Source: Spirogloea muscicola
Lineage: Eukaryota
Direction: 5' to 3'
Assembly (NCBI GenBank): GCA_009602725.1
Contig: WELB01000011.1
Span: 1,205,595 to 1,225,594, forward strand
DNA length: 20,000 nt
Position numbers and translations under genes: made by a program. The notes below the pieces were generated by a model. That model worked only from the letters and a program-made list of their open reading frames with translations. It made no database searches and was not told where the DNA came from. Each line of letters starts with the position of its first letter. Positions within the stretch are counted from its first letter, which is position 1. Below, one piece after another: positions 1 through 14,053 of this stretch.

Positions 1-362
1 ACACAAGATGACGCAAAGTAGGAGCTCACTTCTTCCTTCAAAATAGAAGAATGGACGATTCCAGGGGAATACTAGAGAGAAAACTACAACCTCCCTGTGC
101 CGAAGGGGCCGGTGCTTTCAGTGCCGTTGCTAATTAGAGCTTAGTTAAGTGCTTATCCCACGTGGTACTTGTATCAAATATGTAAAAATTGCAGCGATAT
201 GCAACCTCTCCGACCTTGTCAAACTCTTGTCCTCGCCCCTTGATACACACTCCATTCTATTTGAATGAGCTTACATTTGTTTCAGCTCGACCACTCTCAG
301 CCTTCATTGCTGTCAGTCAGGTGGCTCTCAGTTGACTTTCAGTTGGCTTCCCCGTGCGCGCT

Positions 363-389
363 GCCGCCGCCGCCGCCGCCGCCGCCGCC
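363..389. repeat. (GCC)9 trinucleotide repeat in a GC-rich island upstream of WDR6
   Basis: gccgccgcc run visible at 363-389. Confidence 0.9.
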
Positions 390-661
390 GGGTGCGGCCT
401 CCTGCGGGCCCGCGTCAGCTGCCCGTTACGCTGGAGCGCTCGCCTGGAGCTTGGGACAGCTCGACGTGCTGCCGGGCGCAGCTCACAGGCTGCTGATTGC
501 CCCCTCTGTGCCGGCCAGTCATAGTACTCCCGGAGGGAGCACTTGCGCGCCGACCTGGAGCTTCTGAGCCCGCGGATATTTAAGCTTTGCTCAATCAGAG
601 TAGCTTCAGGGGCATCAAGGCTGGGTTCTGTCCTCTGAGGGATTTTCTTGATGCTTGTGTA

Positions 662-3600
662 ATGGTAGTGGGTTTTACCAATTCCGAATATGTTGGGGAT
701 GTCTCTGCCCTCTGTTTTGTGAGTTGGACACACACAAAGCAGGACAGCGTGACACGTGAGCTCACTTTGCTAGCAGGTGAGTGACTGATTTTTTCATATT
801 ATGCTTCAATCACAGTAGTCTATCCTTGTCCAGGTTAAGGCTGAAGAGTGCAGTTTGGGAGCTGGTGACCCCCTCCTCCTCGGCCACAGTAGCCCGTTAT
901 GGTTAGCTGGCGCACGCAACGAGCAGCAGTCATGATTTTGCCTTAAAACCAGGACTCACTGCACCTGGGACAGCCTTCCTTCTATGATCCAACTTAGGGG
1001 TTTCAACGGGAGGGGTTTGAGGGTTCAGGGTTTGAAGGTCGTAGGTCTGGTCAGAGTTTCTGGTTTTGGGATGCTTGCAGACGTGGTTTGAGCAATACTG
1101 ACATTATACATTCCCTGAGAGACTTTTCTTTATTTGCAGGAGTAGGAGGTCACCTCTTGTGGTACCATATTCAATCTGGCCGGCTACTGCATTCGTGCTC
1201 GATTTTCAGTGGCATTCGGATACATGGTATACATGGCCCTGTAAATGGTGATACCTTCCCTCATACTTGGGATCAGGCTGAGAGGGGGCTTAAGGAGAGC
1301 TCTGAGGAGAGGACAGGTGTTGCGCCAAGTCGGCAAGGCGAGGGCGAAGAAAGGAGAAAGCAATTGGTGGTCGTATTTGGAGAGAGGAAGCTGAAAGTGG
1401 TAGGAGTACGTCCAGCACATAGCTATGACCAAGAGGAGGAGCTGGAGGTAGTGAGTAGCTTACCAAGGCTGAGTCATTGGATCCTAGACGCCAGACTTCT
1501 GTATGTGAGTCCAGACTCCAACTCTTTTGAAATCACCACTCATCATGGTTCAGCCTGCCAAGTCCAGATCTGAAAGCCCAATTCTTGCTCGTGACATATT
1601 GTTGACTATCTGCAAATTCCTTGGCACGCCCATGCATTGTCCTAAGACATTAGCAGGTCAATGTCGCATCATGCCTTGCATATCAGACCATGTAATTTTC
1701 ATTAGCTAGTAGCATACACAAGAAGGCCCGCAGCCATGTGACCTTGCATCCATGGCTTCAATAGACCTTGCTGATGACTCAATAGACCTGGCTTGTCTCT
1801 AATCAATCAGGACGACTGGCCTGTACGCGAGGAAGGCTCAATGTGGCCACCCTTCCTTGCAGTTGGTTTGACCAACAACACCGTTGAGATCTGGGAATGG
1901 TCCATACCATGCAGAGTCTTACAAGTGGCATGCTCTGGCAAGTGAGCATACTATGGTTTGTCATCCAGGATAGTCGCACTGCAGTGGAAAAAGAGTTCTC
2001 CTTTTCATCTTTGGGCAGATGCAGAAGAGCCTGCAATGCCTAGATTAATAAATCAAGGCATTGTTGCTCTTCCTTCTGCTATGTCATTCTAATCTTGCAT
2101 AATGTGCCACTGGCTTGAAACACTGAAGCACTAGTCCTTGATGCCATTGCCATATGGGTTGAGATTGTAGACAATGTGTATGTCAGTACTGGCAAGCTTG
2201 TTACGTAGTTTCAACTTATGCAATACCTGCTGAGTCTAATTCTTGACTCAGCAGGGAGTCTGCAGAGTGTCTCTTTCTGTGGACTCACCAATGACGTGCC
2301 ATGCCCGTATAACTGGGGTCAAAAACAAGGAAGACTAGAATCTCATTTATTGTACTGCCTTTGCAGAGCCGTGTTTGCTGTATTCGCTAAGTTTGTGGGG
2401 TTCCTCTTTAGAGTTACTGAAAGTCGCTGGTGGGACCATATACAATAAGGTTGGCGCATCCACCTATGCATCATACAGACAGATTGTGCTTACCAAATAG
2501 CTGATATCTTAGTACAGCTGAAAACTGTACTACAGGCATCCTTAGTGACATGAGGTATACATATGGTACAGTCAGTTGTTCTGTCATCATTGGCAGGCGC
2601 GGAGTGCACAGCATCAATTACTTAATGCTTACCAATCCCTAACCTATGTTGGCGGGCTTTTCCGCACATAGGAATGTTTTACCTCATTCCTAATTTACAT
2701 TGTTGAGGTTCTGGTTGCGCAGGTCCAAATCTGGAAGGTCACAGGCTCATATGGTGGAGGTTGTGTACCAGCAGCTCTTGCAGCCTCCCAACTTGACCAG
2801 CATATCATGGGAGAAGAACTTCCAACACAAGGAGGCGTACTTGATTGTACAGCAAGTGATGCTACAACCAATACCTCACATCTGGAGGGGAGCTGTAACC
2901 TCCACCAAGGTGCCCTACCCAGAAGGACGTCTTCGTGCATGACGAGAACAGCAGTGCCACTGCATCACCTAGAGGGTCACGAGGGCTCCATACACCGATT
3001 GAGTTGGTCCTCTGATGGGTGTCTGCTGGGTTCAGCCTCAGATGATCGCAGGTATTCAATGATGTCAATGTGGCTGTGTTCCTCTTACTTTGTGCACCTC
3101 TTCTTTTCCTAATGGTTTGGTCGCCTAATTTTATTCGAAGGAGTTCAGTCGTACCCTTGTTGTTGATGCCTTGGTCACAATAGTGGCACCTAATTGTCAA
3201 CCTATGGCCTTCATCAGAAAGAGCAGGTACATCTGCACCTGACATTTGCAATGGGGATCACATGATTCACAGAGTTCATGCTCGCCCTGCATTTCAGCGC
3301 AAGAATCTGGCGCTTCAGTGGAAGCCAATCTGAGGCACCAAGTTGCGAGCAGGACACTCGGCGCGACTTTGGGATTGTGCAGTAAATGAGCAGGTCTGTT
3401 GCTTACCAGAACGTCAACTCAAAGTGCTGACTACAAAGCCCTCTTGCTGTTTTTCTTACTGCTGGCACTGACGTTTTCGCCTTCGCAAGGTGGTCGGGAA
3501 AATTGTACTCCCTGATGGACCACTTTTCGGTGCTGATCTTTGACTCAGATCACTGTGACAGTCAGTGAGGACTGCACTTGTCGGGTCTGGACACCATCTG

Positions 3601-6600
3601 GCGACCTCCTGCGCATCATCCGCGGCCACCAGTGAGTTGTAGCACTTAGGTTTTGTTCAGATATTTGTACCATACTCATGAGTAGTTGTCACTGATACTG
3701 TGGATATGGTGACTGACCGTCATGCTTACGTGACGCTATTATCGTGATTGCTGCCTTGAGTAAGTCCATCTTCAGTGAAGTACTTAAGCTGGTGGTCACT
3801 CTGGCATCACTCCATGTATAGCAAGCTCCATTGGCCATCTTAATCATAAGACCAAGGTGGGCTTGGATTTTTGTGCAGGGGTCGAGCTATATGGAGATGC
3901 ATATACGATCCTATAACAACTTGCTTACTGACGGGGGGCGCAGATGCCTCCGTCAAAGTGCACATCCTTGCCAAACAGGCACTTACAGGCGCACTGGCTA
4001 CTGCATCAGCTAAACATCAGCAGTCAGGCCATCAAAAAGCAGCTGAATTTCATGTTTCTGTTGCTGATCCTTTAGCAATCAAAGTAGACTGTTTTACTGA
4101 GCACCATGAAGCTCATGTGGAGCATAAATGCAGGCAGAGATCTCCTCCTTTATTGCCTGGTCGTGACTGCAAGGTGCTATGTCTGAGCAGCCATGTGCAA
4201 GTTCTATAATTTTGAAGTAGGCTTATAATCCGATCATGCCGACCAATCAGTGCTTGTTATTGTCTATGCAGTAAGACTGAGTATGTACGATGCCTGGCGC
4301 TTGCAAATTATCATATTCTTTATGTTGCCACCAATTTGGGCCTCTTACATCGCTACACAATTGCCACAGCTCAGTGGGCCACAATTGTACCAGCGGTTCT
4401 TGAGGCAGGCAGAGGTCCCATAGTCACGATGGATGTTCTCAATGGGTGTTATGACCACAACCTGTCAGCAGCTCGAGCATGTACAGATTCTTGCAGCATT
4501 GAAGATTTTGCACTGAGGTCACCTGCGTACCCTGGAGAGTCAACTGAAGGTGGTGGTGCTAAGACGCACACAATCGCCTATGGAGATGGAATGGGATATG
4601 TCACTGCCGTCTGCATGACTGCTGAGGCAGCGATTCAGATTATCTGGAGTTGCAGGTGGCAAAGCTACGGTCAACGGCAGCTTCTTGGGACGTTCTTCTG
4701 CAGGAAAGCAGGGAACAGGTGAAGACCATTGCATATATGAGTCCAACATCTTCAGTGCTAGGTCGTGAGTCTGTTTGTGGAGTCCCTAGTATGAGGCACA
4801 TCAGTGCTTGCTGTATTTGGCCATTGTAGTCAATCTTTTAGCCTGATGTCACTAAAGATGGTGCCTGAGTGATATTGGCCAGTGCGATTGCTCAGTGTTG
4901 AGCAACCAGATTGCTGCCGCAAGAACATGAGACAACTCAGTGATTGTCTGTTATTTTCTAAGGCATTGGTCTGCCACGGCTATATGCACATGCAATTGTG
5001 AGATGCATGATGAACTGCATAGTAACATAGTATTTGATGGGGTTGAAGCCGGAGGACTGCTGCCACTGGAGCACGGAATAGAGTGGAGATTTTCACGATT
5101 CAATGTTTTGAAAATTGTCGTACTTGATATGCAGCGTGACCTTTTGAGTGATTCAGAAGCCTCTAGCTCCCACAGCTTACCTATGCAAGTTGATCTTTGT
5201 TGTTTCACAGGACAGTATTTACCACAGATCCTTTTGGTACATTAACATGGTGGGCACTTGAGAGGCTTATCAAGTCCGAGGAGGAGAAACATATGCAACG
5301 TCATCCCTTACTCACTGCAACAAGGGCTTTTACTTTCCCATCGCCTTTTGGGGCACGTATATTGTGTCTGGATCTGTGCAAGAATAAGGAGGTACGTAGC
5401 AGTGGCCTTGGGTCCTTGCACTTGAGACCTGGCAGGCAGGCTTTACTTTGATGCAATTTGGCTGCCAAGCAAGGCTATTTTCTGCGCTGCTTGGCTGTTA
5501 GACGGTGGAGGCACAGTCATCCTCTGTCACTTAGTCCCAGGATCCCTCCACTTGATTTCCTTGCGCAGCTTCTTGTCTGTGGCGACCAGAAAAGCAACAT
5601 CCTTGTGTTCTCTTGCCCAGCTGCCGAGCTTGCCAAATCTCCGCCTACACTTGTGGCCATAACTAAAGCTGCACATGGTATATCAGCAATTCTTTCAGTT
5701 GCAATTTCAGAAAACATATGTGATGTTGAAAAGATCAGCATTTCCTCGGTGAGCAGGCTCGTTGCACAGAAAGTATCAAGCATGAGTTGCAGCTACGCTA
5801 TCAACATTTGTGCTTATCTGTGACTGCCATTTCGTTGTTGACTTTTTCCTCCTATCCACATTATGGCCAACTATGCTACCTGCATGCCTGCTGATCCCAA
5901 CTTCTGGTTACCTCGCGTAGACAGGGAGAGATGGCTGCATATGCCACCATGTTCATCACAGTCAAGCATCTACAGGAAAGGCGGCAGCGATGACATGTTT
6001 TAGTGTCGAGCCAGTGCCAGGGATCACTGTAGTGGAAGCTGTGGTGACGAAACAAGGCATGCCAGAGATAGAGGAGAATGATCATGAGCGCATGGCAGTG
6101 GGCTTCTCTGCGTCTGATTTTCTCATCTGGAGCCTCTCCAGCCAACTTGAGGTAAGCTAGTCTGACGAAATTTAGCTGATTGCTCTCTATGGTTCTTGCT
6201 TCTGATTTTCCTAAATCAGCAGCTTGTTGAGAAGCCTGCCACAAAGTGCAGGGCATCCTTGTCGTTGAAGTGATATCCAGCCCAACAGATGTCTTAGTCA
6301 GGTAGCCGTTGATACACATAATACACATAATACACATTGATACACAAAATGTTCTCTTGTGAAGCTCCTGCGTGTCCCCTGTGGTGGGTGGAATCGCCCA
6401 CATTCTGTTATTGTGGATAATTTACAAGCCTTCCGCCATTGTTTTGCATATATCAAGGTTCAGTCCTTGTGCTGCTAGAGATGGTGTTACACTCCTCATT
6501 TAATGACCTGTTTGATTAGCAGAGTCAGAGACTTGCTTGCACCTTCATCAGTTGTGCAATCTTAAATGTTTTAGACTTATCTTGTGCAGCAGATTGGCAC

Positions 6601-9600
6601 ACATTATTGGTGAAGATGCACAACCAACAGCAACATACAGTCACCATTGTGACCCTAACCCTACTTAGAGTTGGAGAGCCAAAGAGGTTACAGGCAGAGA
6701 ATTGTCCTCAAATGAATGACTTGGCAAGCTTTTGAATCCTATTAGGTCTGTGCTTTTGAATTCACATGGCAGGATCAGAACATCCGTATACATCGTGAGG
6801 TGCCCAATCCTGCACATCAAGAAGATTCTTGTAGTGGGCAGGTTGTACACCCACGGTCTTTTCAGCTCCAATATCATGGGAGAGAGATACATACCGCTTC
6901 CTTCATAAGGCCACCAGCAAGGCACAGTACTCAAGGAAGTGGCCAGCTTCAAGTGTCCTATATTTTGACAGGATCAGAAGATGGTACAGTAAGGACCATC
7001 AAGTGAGGCCGATGATAACTGGCTCTGCATGCTTCAGATTCATATGCGAAGTGGGAAATGCTTATCCTTGTTTATCGTACTTGATACCCTGATACTACCG
7101 GACCATGTTGTAAATGTTGAATAATTCCAATCTGCTTTACTTGCGATCTATCAAAAGCTTTACTCTGATGCACTATAATTCGGTGCATGCTTGTGAAGAT
7201 ACTTTGCAGATGCAAGGACCAGTCAGCAAAAGCTGTGCTTTGCAAAAGTGCTAGGAGAGCTGGCAGGTGGTGCACCTGTAAGAGCAAGTGCTGTGGCAAC
7301 AGAGATTGGCCAAGTGGTAGGCGAAAGTGTTGTATCATTGTATGTGACGCCATCAGCAGATGGACAGGCCATCAGACCATCCGTGATCACCGTGACTGCA
7401 GGAGCCAAGGAAGGCATGGCCTGCTGGTCGCATGAGTGGGTGCAAGTTGCAGTGAAAGATGTTGGCTTGCGCTTGCCAGAAGTCAGCCCTCTCTCAAAAC
7501 CACGACCCTATGAGCTTGTTTCGGGCTGGGTGAGCACATTCAGACCAGCAAGGTCAAAGAAGAGTCCAGCCCCAAAAGTCGAAGATGTGTTAGTTGACGA
7601 CTTACTTATTTCTCCTGATGGGGGCTCATCTCGAAAGGGAGGCGATGCTGTGAAAGCGGGAGCATCAGGCTTTGAAGATCAAGAGCTGCCGCCCATTCAC
7701 AGTGCTTCTAACACTAGGCAAGAGCAGAATGACCAGCGTATCATGGCAATTACATCTTTCAGTGTTGGCAGCATACAGTCCCGGTGAGTCACACTCTTTG
7801 TTGACACGCAGTTGATGACCTGACATGAGTGACTCCAATAGAGAACAGAAGTAGGTAGTATCAGTATTCACTTCCAAGCACAATTCACCCATCTATTGAC
7901 TTACATATCTTGGGTGCACTTTTGCTTTCACGTGCTCTTCATACTTTCTGAGGCATGGATGGTAGTCACTGCATGCAGATCATTGATTGTGTACATCGTC
8001 GCAGCCGTCTCAGACGCTCAACTTCGACTCCATGTATTCCATGCTGCAACAGATACATGGTAAGATTTTGTTGCTTATGAAGCACTGGTCCGTCTTGTTC
8101 AGAAGTTGAGAACAGGGGCGCTGCTTTGATTTCACAAAGAAGCCAAAGTATGCACCATAGTGGACTGCACAAAAGGCGAGCTCTTTATGCCACATGAAGT
8201 GCTAAAGAAGCCCAAGCAGGAATTGAGTGGGATGAGCTCGTATAGACAGTAGTGATGTGGCTCAAATGCTGGTGGCTAGTCGTCCATTAGCTGAGCTCAA
8301 TGTCGTCATTTACGCCAGGGCTACTCATTGGTGTGCACCTGTGTTCCCTGAACCAGGCACCTGCTTGCTGTACTATGTCATCATGCAGCCCCTGTGCTCT
8401 CACTCGCGCACGTCATATACTCCAAGAAGAAGCACAAAGCGTTGAACAGGCAATCTCAGGAAGATCTGCTTGGTAAGAGCTGTGTGAGCATGACCATCCT
8501 GATGCAGATGAGCTTGCAGGAACCATTGAGCATGGTGATTACACTAGTTGATCAAGACTGTCACTTCATGTGTCATTTGCCTTTTGCTGCAGAGGGGCAC
8601 CGCTTGGAGGATCTGGCATTCATCGTCTGCAGTGGCGCCACAGATGGTGCTGCCGCCATCTGGGACGTCACATCCTCTGTCAAGTTCTTCCTGTCAAACA
8701 CTGAGTCCTTTGTTTCTGAGCCACCCACTTCAGCCAGGCTTCCGCTTAGGGGCCGAGGCAGTCAAGGTGGGAGCCAGCCTAAAGCCTCCCGCACGCGCCG
8801 TACTGTCTGGCAGAGACAGCACATGGAAGATGTACACGGGGATGATCTGTTAAGGATAGCGCAGAGTCACCAGGGTGGTACTCCACTCTCTCGCCCTGCT
8901 CAACCTGTTGCCAAGACCAGCGTACAGCTTCCAGACTCCGCAGAGAATAAAGGATGGTGCAAACAGTCAGCCAATTCATGCACGCAAAGAAGTGTAGACG
9001 CAACAGCTACAGATGCTGGCCTTGATCGCATGCAGGAGCTGGCTTCTGCGGTCAGAGTGCAGGGGGCAGCTGAAGTGGGCTGTCCAACGGCGTCCGCCAA
9101 GACAGCAAGATGCGTGATTGTACTGAGGCCCGTTCTGGTCCTTGACGGCATCCATCAGTCAGGCATCAATAGCTTGAGCATGGCTCCCACTCATTTGAGC
9201 CTGAGCTGCAAGCAGCTTGATAACCAGCAGCAAGATGGGCCCCTGACTCCGGGGGGGCAACTGACTTTAGTGACTGGTGGCGATGACCAAGCAATCCATC
9301 TGGCTGTGCTGCAAGTGAATCGTGAAAATTCGACTTCTCAGGTAGCTCCTCAAGGCCAGGATGTAGAGCTTTCGCTGCTTGAATCTGGCTTGAATGTGCA
9401 GCAGATGGTGGTGCACTGCATACATCGCAGATTACTTGCGAATGCGCACTTCTCCTCTGTGAAAGGTACGCCCTGCCGTAAATTCACCATCACAATGAAT
9501 ACTTTGCAGCACACGGTGCAGCACAGGGTGCCAGATAGCCTACTTTAGCATGACTTGCTGGCATGAGGTGCATGCTGCTCATAGACTTGCATTGGGATAT

Positions 9601-10077
9601 ACACATGGACGAGTATCGACTAAGACCTTCTGTCCATGATGCTAGATCTGCTTCTGTACATGCCACTGCAGGAGTCTGGACAGATGGCAGGTTGGCTTTC
9701 TCAGCAGGTCTTGACCAGCGATTGCGGTGCTGGCACCTTCATCACGTGCTGATGAGCTCCCGAGGCGAACCTGAACACCAGGCAACAACAACAGGACTTT
9801 CCACAAGCGAGATCCTGCTTGAAGAAATCACAAGTTGTGTTCTCGATGTGCCTGACATTGGAGGACTGGATGCAGAACCAGCAGGGTAAGTAGCATACAT
9901 GCACCTCAGCTTTGATGTGCATATACATCTGAGTGCGCACTCTCATGTGAGCTATTCAGAGCTTTGCACAGCTTACAACGACTTCATACAACTGACCCAG
10001 CTCCTCTATCCCGCAGTGAAGATCATCGGATTGCGGTTGTTGGCCGAGGCTTACAAGTTCTTACTTTTCACCTTTGA
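662..10077 (+). CDS. WDR6: WD40-repeat protein WDR6/Trm734 (Rtt10) homolog, regulator of tRNA position-34 2'-O-methyltransferase; 20 exons, about 1580 aa; apparent frameshift in exon 6
   Basis: Phase-consistent exons: 662-776, 1140-1504, 1811-1937, 2367-2449, 2723-3051, 3298-3393, 3549-3631, 3879-4133 (or -4173), 4272 (or 4276)-4718, 5211-5391, 5569-5748, 5921-6151, 6365-6457, 6773-7002, 7199-7783, 7979-8059, 8357-8472, 8593-9465, 9672-9885, 10017-10077 (TGA). Motifs resembling plant WDR6 occur in order: YVGDVSALCF, VFGERKLKV, LPRLSHWILD, CLLYSLSLWG..VAGGTIYN, LEGHEGSIHRLSWSSDG..SASDDR, GHSARLWDC, SEDCTCRVW, GRAIWRC, EYVRCL, CGGWNRPHS, YHGREIH, TGSEDGTVR, SGATDG, HQSGINSL, TGGDDQAI, AHFSSVKGVWTDG..SAGLDQRLRCW, IAVVGRGLQV. 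Confidence 0.92.
6311..6346. repeat. Short intronic tandem repeat, about 4 copies of ATACACAT(A/TG)
   Basis: gatacacata atacacataa tacacattga tacaca, in WDR6 intron 12. Confidence 0.8.
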
Positions 10078-10111
10078 CTAAAGTGTGCATGCAGAGGTCC
10101 TCAATTTTTGG

Positions 10112-10136
10112 TGTAACACTGTTGCGCTCATTGTAA
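10112..10136 (+). promoter_or_regulatory. Possible TGTAA polyadenylation signals (10112-10116, 10132-10136) downstream of the WDR6 stop
   Basis: TGTAA is the known chlorophyte poly(A) signal. Two copies lie 35-60 nt after the stop. Its use in this organism is unknown. Confidence 0.3.
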
Positions 10137-10459
10137 GCGAGTGACCTAATGGCCTTCTAGACTTGACATTCAATTTGGTAAAAAATTTCAGAAATTAGCT
10201 TACATGTGCAACATGCTTCTCATTGATTCTGTGATATCTATCATCATTCCTAAAGGAATAAATTCATATCAGTGCCCCAAATGGCTGCTCCCTCCTGCAG
10301 CGTGCTTACTGGTCACATACTTGTGCTTGATCTCTGGATAAGATATCCTTAGTGTACAATGCTTGCGCTGTACGACTGTAGTGTTCAATGACTCATTCCG
10401 AATTTCAGGCAGTACTTACTGTGTGCCATGTATAGATGCAGTTTGTGGGTTTAAACCCA

Positions 10460-13810
<3,351 letters not shown>

Positions 13811-13912
13811 GCGGAGAGGAGCTGGAGGCGAAGGGGAGAGCAGGCGGCCGCCATTGATTCTCACGCGCGCACGCCGAGGAGCTCCCCGAACCGGCGGCTG
13901 GTCGCTGTCACC

Positions 13913-13929
13913 GGGGCGGGGCGGGGCGG
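13913..13929 (+). promoter_or_regulatory. Overlapping GC boxes (GGGGCGGGGCGGGGCGG) upstream of the DYAD-like gene
   Basis: Motif seen about 125 nt upstream of ATG 14054. Function is inferred only. Confidence 0.3.
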
Positions 13930-14053
13930 CCCGATGCCCCCCAGCCCCACCTTCCCTCCCGATCGCCCCGCCACCGCCTCCTAGCGCCCTTGGCCCCGCC
14001 GTCGCGCCCCGGCCGCCGCCAGCGCCGCCGACCCTGGCTGGCCCATACTCGAC

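Noticed and set aside
265..567. Plus-strand Pro-rich ORF as the WDR6 N-terminus
   Set aside because: It ends in a stop, its poly-Pro derives from the GCC repeat, and WDR6 similarity begins just after ATG 662.
3318..3352. 35-nt GT-AG micro-intron that would fix the WDR6 frameshift
   Set aside because: Far shorter than the other introns here (about 100 nt or more), and it would remove the G of the GH dipeptide and the inter-repeat loop. Disfavoured, though not excluded without RNA data.
5876..9946. Antisense ORFs overlapping WDR6 (e.g. 5876-6403, 8900-9151)
   Set aside because: Shadow frames of real exons and introns with no recognisable domains.
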